A DNA stretch of 64,000 nucleotides from Lytechinus pictus. Lineage: Eukaryota. A program made the position numbers and the translations under genes. Below the pieces are notes generated by a model. That model did no database searches, was not told the origin of the DNA, and saw nothing but the letters and a program-made list of their open reading frames with translations. The stretch's first letter is position 1, and every line of letters starts with the position of its first letter. The stretch is from the NCBI RefSeq assembly GCF_037042905.1, contig NW_026974140.1, positions 808,001-872,000 on the forward strand, written 5' to 3'. Of this stretch, positions 24,901-38,800 are shown piece by piece.

Positions 24901-27900
24901 TACTTATCACAGCCGCAAAAAGAACTGCCGCTCCGCGCAACTACCGCGCGACAAAATGTGCAAATTGCGACTGTAAATCATTTGAGCGATTAAACACCGC
25001 TAAAATTTATTACACTCACAATTCACACAAGCACAAGAAACTAAGGTGTGCCATTGGTTGTGGTTTTAATCTCATACATATTACATAATACATTATGTGA
25101 ATAGGCTTAATAATCTTGACGATTACAACATGAATAACTTGGTTTGAATAATTTGAATACATAATATTACGATTCTTAAATCTGTAGATCTCCATCCTAA
25201 GTTCAATGTTATAACTTCATAAAATGGGTATACCACTTAAAAAGAGGACGGCTTCAGCATAACTACTTGGAAGGACCCGGGTATATTTTATCCGATAATT
25301 CAATCACAATTTACTAAGGCGTCCGCCCCGCGTCCGCACATATATATCCCTACCCGGGGTGCATAATGACGCAAACAATAATATTCTCTCTCTGCATAGG
25401 GTGCCCACCTCTACAGACGAGGAAACATTCAAAGGGCACAAACACTGCCCGAACAAAATCCCTCTCCACATGATAGGGTGTCAACCTATATGGACGAGGA
25501 AACAAGGGCACAACATGAAATAAATGGGGCATAATTAAGACGCAATGGCCAATACATCCGATCTCAAATAATTGAAAACAATACACCTTCCTGCTGAGGT
25601 ATGGTGAAGCCGGCCAAAGTTACGTAAGATAGGCACAGGGGCTCAAAAATTGTACAATTTACCGCACGAAAGATGTGCAATGTATGTTCGGATAGATCAG
25701 ACATACCAACATCCCAACTCATAAACCAACTGCTGAAATCATTCTAGCAATAATATATATAAGTTTACATTAAGTTTATAAGTTAACCTTATATAACTAT
25801 ATCCGTGGGATCGATGGTCCCCTTGAACTTGAACACGTACCCTAAATGACCGGGCAGGGGCAATATAAATGCACCCCCTGCTCGAGTGCAAAGTGCTGCG
25901 AACCTCAGGTAAGGGTGAAAACCTCCATGGTCGAAGGAGGAGAAAAGCCCCTTACTGCCAAGCAAAGCTTCGACAACTAAACAATACTAACACAGTCTGA
26001 GGCACCAGCAAATTGCACAGGCATGATAGCTTATTTGAATGTTCTCCATGGGTACTCAATTTGAAGGCGTAGCGCCCTTAAGACTATAAATAAATCTACA
26101 GACAATATCAATTTTGCGCCAATTCACTACCGGACACGTGATTATGTAATTTAATTATGATAACGTATGACAGGTGGTCTAAGAGGGGAGGAGGAGGGAA
26201 TTAAAATTGGGATGATTCACACATAACAAGTGTTCTCAACGAAACCACAACTCAAAATGATTATATTCCCTCAGTAACTCATGCTGAATGCAAGTAAAGG
26301 CTTCTTTCCCACGCCTCTGATGCGCGGTAACTTCCCGAGGAATTCTGTTTTGTAAACATCGCGGCAGTACAAACAGGCGGCCGCTTTATATGGAGCGCCG
26401 CTACTCGCGGCAGCTTTGTGAGCGGTTTCGTTTGATCTAGGTGACCGCAAGTACTTATCACAGCCGCAAAAAGAACTGCCGCTCCGCGCAACTACCGCGC
26501 GACAAAATGTGCAAATTGCGACTGTAAATCATTTGAGCGATTAAACACCGCTAAAATTTATTACACTCACAATTCACACAAGCACAAGAAACTAAGGTGT
26601 GCCATTGGTTGTGGTTTTAATCTCATACATATTACATAATACATTATGTGAATAGGCTTAATAATCTTGACGATTACAACATGAATAACTTGGTTTGAAT
26701 AATTTGAATACATAATATTACGATTCTTAAATCTGTAGATCTCCATCCTAAGTTCAATGTTATAACTTCATAAAATGGGTATACCACTTAAAAAGAGGAC
26801 GGCTTCAGCATAACTACTTGGAAGGACCCGGGTATATTTTATCCGATAATTCAATCACAATTTACTAAGGCGTCCGCCCCGCGTCCGCACATATATATCC
26901 CTACCCGGGGTGCATAATGACGCAAACAATAATATTCTCTCTCTGCATAGGGTGCCCACCTCTACAGACGAGGAAACATTCAAAGGGCACAAACACTGCC
27001 CGAACAAAATCCCTCTCCACATGATAGGGTGTCAACCTATATGGACGAGGAAACAAGGGCACAACATGAAATAAATGGGGCATAATTAAGACGCAATGGC
27101 CAATACATCCGATCTCAAATAATTGAAAACAATACACCTTCCTGCTGAGGTATGGTGAAGCCGGCCAAAATTACGTAAGATAGGCACAGGGGCTCAAAAA
27201 TTGTACAATTTACCGCACGAAAGATGTGCAATGTATGTTCGGATAGATCAGACATACCAACATCCCAACTCATAAACCAACTGCTGAAATCATTCTAGCA
27301 ATAATATATATAAGTTTACATTAAGTTTATAAGTTAACCTTATATAACTATATCCGTGGGATCGATGGTCCCCTTGAACTTGAACACGTACCCTAAATGA
27401 CCGGGCAGGGGCAATATAAATGCACCCCCTGCTCGAGTGCAAAGTGCTGCGAACCTCAGGTAAGGGTGAAAACCTCCATGGTCGAAGGAGGAGAAAAGCC
27501 CCTTACTGCCAAGCAAAGCTTCGACAACTAAACAATACTAACACAGTCTGAGGCACCAGCAAATTGCACAGGCATGATAGCTTATTTGAATGTTCTCCAT
27601 GGGTACTCAATTTGAAGGCGTAGCGCCCTTAAGACTATACATAAATCTACAGACAATATCAATTTTGCGCCAATTCACTACCGGACACGTGATTATGTAA
27701 TTTAATTATGATAACGTATGACAGGTGGTCTAAGAGGGGAGGAGGAGGGAATTAAAATTGGGATGATTCACACATAACAAGTGTTCTCAACGAAACCACA
27801 ACTCAAAATGATTATATGTGATCGGCCATACCGAAATGAGAGAGAAGTCGCAAATCAAAATTCCTAGAAATTCGACGAACTAATAAAAAAGTCGAAATTT

Positions 27901-28762
27901 TGAAGATTTTTTTTTTTCCATTTTCTGATTCTTCCATGTTTCATGATTACTCTGTGAAAAAAATGAGTGAATTTGATGACGGGAAAGTGATAAAAAAATA
28001 GTTTTTCTGCGAGTGTTTTTTTTTCGGTCAGTTCGAAATTTTCTGATACTTGGCACGCTCGACTTGATCGAATTTCGCTTCATACTAAGCTCCGCCCCTA
28101 GCAACGTACGCCATTGTTGATTGGCTATTCATTTAAACTAGAGTATAGCTGGCGGCGTCCGACCGGCTGCTCGATCGATCGGTTCAATGAGCTTCAAAAG
28201 AAAGATCAAAAGCATCGCTTTCAATACGTATTCTGAAATTGAAAAGGGGGCTTCTTGACAAAAGTTCACGGGATTCAACTTCTAAAGGGTTATTTTTGTG
28301 ATAATGGTAGTTGGTACCAGGCGGGGGCGTTAGCGATAGATTAATAGGCCTACCTGATTTAGAGCGTATAGCTTGTCTATAATCGCGCAAAAAGTCATGT
28401 GTAAACGCAAAATTCATAACACGGTTTGTTGGCGAGGATTTATTTCATGAAACATAACATGGACATGTTGAGGATTATCTTTATTATTTGCAAGTGATCG
28501 GGATGTTTCGAAGAGAAAACTTTATTTTCAAAAGAAATGGTTTAAAATCCATAAAAGTATTGTATGTTCGCGAATGTGGGTTAATGGATCTGCAGTATCA
28601 TTAACAAAAGAAAAAAAGTTTATCATGAAAGCTTGGTGGGCTTCATTATTTCCAATTATTTTTGCCTTCAATTTTTATCATGTTTGAATGAACGATAGAG
28701 AAAGAAATAACTGTCAGAAATAACAGGAAGTCAGAGACAGTAGAATAATTATCAACTTCGAC

Positions 28763-28981
28763 AAGGTGCGGATCCAGGGGGGACGTCCCCCCCTTGAGAA
28801 GAAAAATTAAAATTTTGTAATGTAAAAATGCCATTGAAGCCGAGATATACCCCGGGATGTACCCCCCTTTTGAAATTGAAGACCTATTCTTTTTTTTGCT
28901 TGTCAATTTTTGGCGGGTACCAAAAATATCCTTAATTTATGGTTGAAAACCTTTTTTGGGAAAATCCTGGATCCGCCCCTG
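28763..28981. mobile_element. hAT-like MITE (CAGGGGCGGATCC family)
   Basis: aaggtgcggatccagg / cctggatccgcccctg; 8-bp TSD acttcgac / actttgac. Confidence 0.8.
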
Positions 28982-29159
28982 ACTTTGACCAATGAAATAT
29001 GGCCCGAAAGGACCATGCAGTAGGCCTGCATTTTTTTATTTTTTGATAATGGTATACGGGTCTTACGATATTGATTGAAAATATTAGTCATTTAAAATAC
29101 ACCTATTGAAATTAACATTAACCTACAAATCATTGTCATGTTGTCCCCTTCGACTTTGT

Positions 29160-30020
29160 CCAGATATATTCTCTCTTTCCCTCTCTGTTATTATCTTACC
29201 TTCAGTTCTTCTTTCGTCTCTCTTGTGTTTTATTTCTTCCTTTCTTCCCTTCTCCCCCTTTTCGTTCGCTCTTCTCATTCAGGCCATTCGGTCTCTTCTT
29301 TCTAAATCTCCCTCTTGTTCTTCCTCAACCCCTTTCACTTCTTTAATTCTAATTCGTTAATTCCTCTTTTGTTTGCCGTTCTTGTTCCCTTTCGATCTTC
29401 TCTTTTTTCTATGTCGATTATTTTCTCCTCCTTTCCTTCTTCTCTCTCCCCTTTGTTCACCCTCTACATTTTCCCCTATTTTCCCCCTTTTCGTTTCTAT
29501 TTACATAATTCTGTTTTCGTTCTTCTCACCCTTCGATCTTCTCTCTTTTTGCCGGTTTTCTTTCTTCTTTCCTCTTTGTTTTCTCCCTCCCTCACCCACC
29601 GCCTTATTCCTCTTCTTTTTTTTCTTTTTTTCGTTCCTCTTTAATATATTTCTGTTTTCCTTCTTCCTCTCACCTGCTCATCCCCACGATCTTATTTCTC
29701 CCCCTCCATTTCTTTTTCTCCTACCTCGTCGATCTGCTCTAATTTTTTTTACCTCATTTCTTCCCCTTTTCCTTCTCCTTTCTCTCTCTTGCTCATCCCA
29801 ACGTCTTATTCCTCTTCCTTTTCCCTCTTATTTTTTGTTGTTCTATATTATTCCTTCTTCTCCCATTCGATCTTCTATTTTTTTATCACAGCCGTTCTTT
29901 ATTCTTCCTTGCCACACCCACCGTCTTTTCCTCCATGTCCCTTTTCTTCTTGTTCTTATCTTTGTTTTATCCTCTTTATGTTTCGGTTTATCGTTCTTTG
30001 CCAGTTTGATCTTCTCTTTT
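29160..30020 (+). repeat. Long polypyrimidine (CT-rich) low-complexity tract
   Basis: ~850 bp strongly dominated by C and T on the + strand. Confidence 0.9.
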
Positions 30021-31771
30021 GTGTGTGTTAGCAAGTGCCATTTTTCGTATGCCAATTTTTACCCCCAAATGCCATCACGAACGTGTTTTGTACGTGCAGC
30101 GCTTTCACACCCAAGAAGGACCCGTTTTATGCCGTTAGAAGGGGCCCCTTTGATTTCTTATACGGTGCCCTTTCTCTTATCAGTGCCCCTTTTTACCCAA
30201 GAAAGTGCCCCTTACCAACATGTAAGGACCATCAGTTTAGTCACGGTGTTAACGAGTGCCCCTTTGAAACAAGAAATAAAGCAATATACTTCTGAAGAAA
30301 AAAAGAATAATCATACGTGCATTAAGTTTCATCAGTCAGTTGAGTGGGTAGATGCGTACAGATGGGGGGACTCTTGCCTCCCTCCAAAAAAAAAATCACA
30401 ACCAAGAAAAAAGAAAGAAAATATAAGAGAAGGAAAGAGAGATAATGATATTATTTCTGAATAGGCCTATAATTTATGTCAAAATCTAACACAAAATTGG
30501 ATTTTCGTTATAAAAATGTTCATTTTTGCTCGCTCGAAGCTTCGATACTGCAGCCAATTCAAAAATTTTCGCTCACCACACTACTGTAGATTAGTCTTTC
30601 TTTTTTAACGAGAAGGTGCCATTTTTCCCAGTGCCCCCCCCCCCCCCCTTCAAATTTGCTCCACCGCGCCCCTGAAGTAAAGTGCTTTAAAGGGCTTGTG
30701 ATTATAATTTTTAATCTATATAAAATTAAAAGCAATTAACGGGCCGTGGCAGAGAAATGAAAATCTAGGCTCCCCCTTCCCTTTCATTCCCGCCCGTGCT
30801 TCAAAGAGATTTTAATAATTGTCTTTTAATTATATTTAATTATTTATCAAAGAGTTACTAACCGTCAAACGGGATGCGAAATCTGAGTTACAAGGTTGGT
30901 CAAGATTGGTGATAACGTAATAATGGCGAAATGAAAGCCAAGCACAAGAACTGTTCAAACAAAGGAGATCAGCGCTTTGTAACTTTGGAAAATTATCATT
31001 ATTATCTAAAGCTCACAATCCATCGTAGTTTGGGCGGCCAGGACCCCGTAACACAAAGGCTAATGATCAATTGTTAATACGAAACTGCGCCGGCGCTCGT
31101 CGGGCGACCGCCGGGTCTACCGTAGTCTAGGTTTTGTTACTCGAAACGTCCGGGTTTTTGTTATTTCAAAACGTGTGAAGTGTCGATCATCAACTCAGAA
31201 ATGGCGTGTTCAGTGCGATGTCGAAAGTCGAGACTGCATTTATAGACGGATTATTGTAGCTTTTTAATCAGTTCTCGCACTGTTATCAGTGCTGGATCCG
31301 CCTATAAAAAAGTAAGAAAAACATACAAAGGGAAAACGGAAGGAAAGCGGGAAAGGAAGGAAAGAAGAACATGTGAGAAAGAACAAATCATTCCAAAATA
31401 CTATGCTAGCGTGATTAGTAAGAAAGGGAAATAAACAACAAAGATGACAAAATAGCAAACAACAGCGGAAAATTAAGGTAGAATGGAATGAGTCAAAACT
31501 TCTATTGGAAAATTAAGAAAACGGACAAGAAAAAAAACAGAGAACTATAAACACAACCGGGCTTTTATTTCGTTTTATTTTTTTATTTTGAATTTATTAT
31601 TATTATGTTTTTTTCTCTTTTTAGGGGGGTTCTCTCTCCTCCAAATTTAATCATTCAATCTTACAAAGACTTGTTGCACAAGGCATTTGCATGTTCTAAT
31701 TCTTTATCTGTTACTGTGTTAGAATAAAATATTGGTTGTGCTTGATATCGATCCGAATCAGCATTCATGTT

Positions 31772-31940
31772 GGAGGTGCCGTGGCCGAGTGGTCTAAGGT
31801 GCCTGGCTATACATGGAGAGTCCGGGATCGATCCCCGCGGCTACGACACCTTTGCTCTTATATCCTTCATTCAGATAAATGGAAATGCTTTACGCATTAT
31901 TTGTAACTAGGTGTGCACTTGTTTGTTTAAAAAAATAAAA
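31772..31940 (+). mobile_element. tRNA-derived SINE
   Basis: A-box tggccgagtggtctaagg and degenerate B-box gggatcgatccc, then a non-tRNA body and A-rich end; no complete cloverleaf. Confidence 0.7.
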
Positions 31941-34900
31941 AGCGTATCTCCCCTAATCTATCCTCTGTTGGAAATAATTATAACGGGACTTTACTCAGGG
32001 TACCTCCTCGCTCTTTTTGTTGTAGAATTAAGACGTTTATGTCAAGGTTTTTTTTCTGCACCACTTTTAGAATCATTATAAACCTTTTTCTATTGCCTTT
32101 TTTCATTAATATACCTTTATGTATTTTGTACTAATTTCAAATCATTCCAATGCTGTAAATTATACCCCCCCCCCAATGATCGGTAATAGACGATATTGAA
32201 CAAATTATTCGCGTTTTGGTTCTCACTGTCTCAATCTAACATAAGCATTAATAAAACATGAGCACACAAGCCATTAGTAAAGGTGAGGTACAAATTATTT
32301 TGAAGGCCCATCTTACCATTATTTTAACAAGGGATATTTTTTTTTTTAACATGCGGTTAAAGTTCAGGTCATAATGACTCGCTTGATAGATTACATGTCA
32401 AGAGTCCGGGTGAGAGTAAACGCCATCGACATTCAAACAAGCCGATGGCACAATTGGAATACTCCCTCCTCCGTGGTTTTAGGTCCAACCTTTTATATCA
32501 TGGCATTCTTTTTCTTTCACGAAGATTATTATAAAACCCCGGTTTAACCACTGATGTGTAGAAGATAATTGATTGACATGGAACGTTGTTTCGTCTTGCA
32601 GTCGCGCGTGACTTGCAAGTTGACTATTGTTCTCAAAGCAGCCTCCTCATTGGTTAATCGTTTCGCCTTTTTTGGCAAGCGGTTACTAGGGCATTTCGGT
32701 TAGCTCGGCAGTGGCAAAATAGATTTTTTCATGGAGCAGGGTCAAAACGGAAGTCAAACTTCGAAGGCGTTTTTCTCTTGATTTTTATTTTCAAGAGCCC
32801 AATTCTTCTTGCATTCTAAGGCTAATATCTCTACTAATATTTACTTTTAAGGGTCGAGTGATATATCAAATTAAAGGTAAATAAACGGGGAATAATAATC
32901 ATTAAAAAAATTGGATTTGGAACATTCCGACTTGTCTCTCATTTCGGTGTGTCGAGTCACATATTCCCTCAGTAACTCATGCTGAATGCAAGTAAAGGCT
33001 TCTTTCCCACGCCTCTGATGCGCGGTAACTTCCCGAGGAATTCTGTTTTGTAAACATCGCGGCAGTACAAACAGGCGGCCGCTTTATATGGAGCGCCGCT
33101 ACTCGCGGCAGCTTTGTGAGCGGTTTCGTTTGATCTAGGTGACCGCAAGTACTTATCACAGCCGCAAAAAGAACTGCCGCTCCGCGCAACTACCGCGCGA
33201 CAAAATGTGCAAATTGCGACTGTAAATCATTTGAGCGATTAAACACCGCTAAAATTTATTACACTCACAATTCACACAAGCACAAGAAACTAAGGTGTGC
33301 CATTGGTTGTGGTTTTAATCTCATACATATTACATAATACATTATGTGAATAGGCTTAATAATCTTGACGATTACAACATGAATAACTTGGTTTGAATAA
33401 TTTGAATACATAATATTACGATTCTTAAATCTGTAGATCTCCATCCTAAGTTCAATGTTATAACTTCATAAAATGGGTATACCACTTAAAAAGAGGACGG
33501 CTTCAGCATAACTACTTGGAAGGACCCGGGTATATTTTATCCGATAATTCAATCACAATTTACTAAGGCGTCCGCCCCGCGTCCGCACATATATATCCCT
33601 ACCCGGGGTGCATAATGACGCAAACAATAATATTCTCTCTCTGCATAGGGTGCCCACCTCTACAGACGAGGAAACATTCAAAGGGCACAAACACTGCCCG
33701 AACAAAATCCCTCTCCACATGATAGGGTGTCAACCTATATGGACGAGGAAACAAGGGCACAACATGAAATAAATGGGGCATAATTAAGACGCAATGGCCA
33801 ATACATCCGATCTCAAATAATTGAAAACAATACACCTTCCTGCTGAGGTATGGTGAAGCCGGCCAAAGTTACGTAAGATAGGCACAGGGGCTCAAAAATT
33901 GTACAATTTACCGCACAAAAGATGTGCAATGTATGTTCGGATAGATCAGACATACCAACATCCCAACTCATAAACCAACTGCTGAAATCATTCTAGCAAT
34001 AATATATATAAGTTTACATTAAGTTTATAAGTTAACCTTATATAACTATATCCGTGGGATCGATGGTCCCCTTGAACTTGAACACGTACCCTAAATGACC
34101 GGGCAGGGGCAATATAAATGCACCCCCTGCTCGAGTGCAAAGTGCTGCGAACCTCAGGTAAGGGTGAAAACCTCCATGGTCGAAGGAGGAGAAAAGCCCC
34201 TTACTGCCAAGCAAAGCTTCGACAACTAAACAATACTAACACAGTCTGAGGCACCAGCAAATTGCACAGGCATGATAGCTTATTTGAATGTTCTCCATGG
34301 GTACTCAATTTGAAGGCGTAGCGCCCTTAAGACTATAAATAAATCTACAGACAATATCAATTTTGCGCCAATTCACTACCGGACACGTGATTATGTAATT
34401 TAATTATGATAACGTATGACAGGTGGTCTAAGAGGGGAGGAGGAGGGAATTAAAATTGGGATGATTCACACATAACAAGTGTTCTCAACGAAACCACAAC
34501 TCAAAATGATTATATTCCCTCAGTAACTCATGCTGAATGCAAGTAAAGGCTTCTTTCCCACGCCTCTGATGCGCGGTAACTTCCCGAGGAATTCTGTTTT
34601 GTAAACATCGCGGCAGTACAAACAGGCGGCCGCTTTATATGGAGCGCCGCTACTCGCGGCAGCTTTGTGAGCGGTTTCGTTTGATCTAGGTGACCGCAAG
34701 TACTTATCACAGCCGCAAAAAGAACTGCCGCTCCGCGCAACTACCGCGCGACAAAATGTGCAAATTGCGACTGTAAATCATTTGAGCGATTAAACACCGC
34801 TAAAATTTATTACACTCACAATTCACACAAGCACAAGAAACTAAGGTGTGCCATTGGTTGTGGTTTTAATCTCATACATATTACATAATACATTATGTGA

Positions 34901-35867
34901 ATAGGCTTAATAATCTTGACGATTACAACATGAATAACTTGGTTTGAATAATTTGAATACATAATATTACGATTCTTAAATCTGTAGATCTCCATCCTAA
35001 GTTCAATGTTATAACTTCATAAAATGGGTATACCACTTAAAAAGAGGACGGCTTCAGCATAACTACTTGGAAGGACCCGGGTATATTTTATCCGATAATT
35101 CAATCACAATTTACTAAGGCGTCCGCCCCGCGTCCGCACATATATATCCCTACCCGGGGTGCATAATGACGCAAACAATAATATTCTCTCTCTGCATAGG
35201 GTGCCCACCTCTACAGACGAGGAAACATTCAAAGGGCACAAACACTGCCCGAACAAAATCCCTCTCCACATGATAGGGTGTCAACCTATATGGACGAGGA
35301 AACAAGGGCACAACATGAAATAAATGGGGCATAATTAAGACGCAATGGCCAATACATCCGATCTCAAATAATTGAAAACAATACACCTTCCTGCTGAGGT
35401 ATGGTGAAGCCGGCCAAAGTTACGTAAGATAGGCACAGGGGCTCAAAAATTGTACAATTTACCGCCACACGGGCAATGCCCGCCGCCACTGTGCTTATCG
35501 CTTTGTCGCTCACATATTATTGTCTGCGAATCCCGTGAAGCTCGTTTTTTCCCATGCCAGATGAAATGGGCTTCAGTATGTTTTTACCATATACACACAG
35601 AATGAAAGAAAGGAATAAACCTTTCGTGTATTCGTGTAATGAAGACGAATACCCGGTTGAGACGCAGTAAGACCAGCCTAAGGATCTACCAACTAACATC
35701 TTAGCTGCATACAAACAACATTCTCTATGTGTGCGAGAGAAAATTCGCATAACTGAATAAACAGATCCAACAAAATATCATGATGAAAGTGGGAAGAATT
35801 CATAGTTTCTTCACTAGCATTGAGAGAAAGAAAAAAAAAAAAAATAAATAAATATATTTAATCTATA

Positions 35868-38800
35868 TAGTAGAGCGGATTAGCCGAACAATTGTGCAAA
35901 TTATGACTAAAGCATGAAACTTTCACAAGTATTAGTATATGCCGTAAGATTTATTTTAAAGATGGGAGGTAAATTTATAAATGCCATTTTCGGCCGTTGC
36001 CATGGCAACGGATTAATTTCGCCAAAATAACATGCATTCCCATGTAAATGGTAAATAAACATAGTATAGATGACCAAAATAATAATTTCAGGCTCCCAAT
36101 TGAATACATATGATATTTAGAAATATTCAAGATCATCAAGATAGTTCCAATTGGTCTGTTGCCATGGCAACGGCTTGTTTTTCCCCAGCAAAGTAAAAAA
36201 ATTGATAAAAAAACGTTGTAGAATATGATTTATCTTTAATTTCCCCTAACTTTAGAGTGCTTATCGGAGATATTTTGGTTGCTAAATGTGTAAACTACAT
36301 CTCAAGCCATTGCCATGGCAACCAAATAACATTTAATTTACAAAAATAACATGGTTGACAAGACAATGGACAGGTAGAAAATACAAGTGGAATTTACTTA
36401 ATATGTATGCTTAAGTTTTGACCCCTCTCATTTGAACAAAAAATACAGAAAGTGTTCTGCAGGAGTTCTTTATAAAGATAAAAAATCATGTTGCCTTGGT
36501 AAAGCTTGAATTAAATTTAAAAAGAAACAATTTTGCAAAGGGCCCGTTGCCATGGCAACAACTTTAATATTTCCCTCTTGAAAGGTAAAAATATTGATAA
36601 AAATGTAGAATACATGTACGATATGATCATCATTCCATTTTCCCAAATTTAAAGGTACTAATCGAGATATGTTTGTGACTAAATTTATAAATATAACATC
36701 TTAAGCCATTGCCATGGCAACCAAATAACATCTTATTTACAAAAATCACATGGTTGACAAGACAATTGACAGGTGGAAAATACATGTACAATTGGAATTG
36801 ACTTAATCTGTATGCTTAAGATTTGACCCCTCTCATTTGAACAAAAAATACAGAAAGTGTTCTGCAGGAGTTCTTTATAAAGATAAAAAATCATGTTGCC
36901 ATGGTAAAGCTTGAATTAAATTTAAAAAGAAACAATTTTGCAAAGGGCCCGTTGCCATGGCAACAACCTATTTCCCTCTAGAAAGGTATAAATATTTAAA
37001 AAAATGTAGAATACATGTACGGTATGATCATCATTCCATTTTCCCTAATTTTAAGGTACTAATCGAGATATGTTTGTGACTAAATTTATAAATATAACAT
37101 ATTAAGCCATTGTCATGGCAACCAGATAATATCTAATTTGAAAAAAAACCAACAACATAGATGATAAGCTTATGAACAGGTGAACAATATAATAAAAATT
37201 AACGTGTACATACGCGTAACGTTTGACCTACTCAAATAATTTAGGGGAAAATAATACAGTCAGTGTTCTTCATGAACTAATTAGAATGATAAACATTGAT
37301 GTTGCCTTGGTAATACTTGAATTCAACAATAAATATCAATGTTCCAAATGGCCTGTTGCCATAGCAACGGATCATTTAGTACCAGTTTTGTTTTAAAAAG
37401 GGACTGTAGAATTTGATTTTTCTTGCATTTCCCCTAATCTTAGTGTGCTAAACATCGATATGTTTGATGCAAAATGTATAAATAACATCTGAAGCTATTG
37501 CCATGGCAACCAGATAATATCTAATACAAAAAAAAAATAATTGGGATGACAAGATTATGGACAGGTGTAAAATACAATTACAAATAACTCAATATGCGAA
37601 AGGTTTGGCCAGTCATTTAATTTTTTAACAAAAATTTCAGTAAGAGTTCTGTATGAGTTCATTAGAATAATAAAATGATGTTAGAATAATAAAATGATGT
37701 TGCCTTGGTAATACTTGAATTTAATGATAAATATTAGTGTTTCAAATGTACCGTTGCCATGGCAACAGCTCAATTCCCCCCAGAAAAGTATCATCTTTGA
37801 AAAACACAAAATTGTAAAATCTGATTTTTATTTCATTTGCCCCAATTTTAGGGCGCTAAGCATATATATGCTTGCTGTTAATAAATAAATAACATCTTCA
37901 GCCATTGCCATGACAACCACTTAAGATATAATTTTTAAAACAAACTAACACAGTTGAAATGATAATGGACAGGTGGAATGAAAAAAAAAATACAGTGTTC
38001 CGCATGAGTTCATTAGCATGATAAAACTGACAGTTGCCTTGGTAATGCTTGAATTTAATATTAATGTTTGCAAATGTGTGTTCTGTTCCCATGACAACGG
38101 GTCATTTTATTCCCCCTAAAATACCATCTTTGATTAAAAAATGCCTTGTAGAATCTTATTTTTCATTCAATTCTACTAAGTTTAGGGTGCCAAACATACA
38201 CGTACATCTCTGTTGTTAAAAATATAAATAACATCTTAAGGCATTACCATGGCAATAAAATAACATTTAATTTTCCAAAAAATAACATGGCTGACAAGAT
38301 AATGGACAGGTGGAAAATACAATAAAATTAACTTAATATGTGTAAGGTTTGACCTACTCTTTTAATTTTAAAATCACATTAAGTGTTATGCATGATTTCA
38401 TTACGATATGTTGATTTGGCAATGCTTGAACATAATGATAAATATCAATGTTGCCAATGGTCCCTTAAAAGTACCAATTTTTATGAAAATAATATGTTTA
38501 TTTTTATTTCCTTTTCCCTTATTTGAGGGTGCTGAACATAAATATGCTAAATGATAAGCACCAATTTATTTCATTATACATGGCATTCGAAATAAGACCT
38601 ACAAAAATCATATCAGACTTTTTTTGGCTCAAATAAATTCCCGAAACTCTAATTTCGACGCTGGTCAATTTCGTTCAAAGTATTTGCAGGCTGCCATTTT
38701 GAAGAAAGCGTCTTGGTGTGATTTGTGCTTTAAGGCCGTTCATCATATCAATATATTAGGGGATTATAGGCGTTGATAAATCAAAATCTTAAGTCTATTT

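Larger units (their letters stand above)
27818..32960. mobile_element. 5.1-kb non-autonomous TIR DNA transposon with ATAT TSD (superfamily uncertain, Sola1-like target)
   Basis: TIR gtgatcggccataccgaaatgagagagaagtcg / cgacttgtctctcatttcggtgtgtcgagtcac. ATAT duplicated at 27814-27817 and 32961-32964; the empty site gattATATtccctc is visible in the other array units. Confidence 0.9.
21911..35465 (+). repeat. Head-to-tail array of a 1551-bp non-coding unit (21911-23461, 23462-25012, 25013-26563, 26564-27817+32961-33261, 33262-34812, partial 34813-35465)
   Basis: Exact 1551-bp period (ORFs at 22248/23799/25350/26901). Only isolated private SNPs seen (23631, 27170, 27640, 33917). Junction aaattta-TTA-cactcac. 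Confidence 0.97.

Noticed and set aside
29373..30464. 363-aa ORF
   Set aside because: F/L/S/P-rich product of a polypyrimidine tract that simply lacks stop codons; no domain.
31772..31850. tRNA gene
   Set aside because: A and B boxes are present but the anticodon and acceptor arms do not form; better explained as a SINE head.
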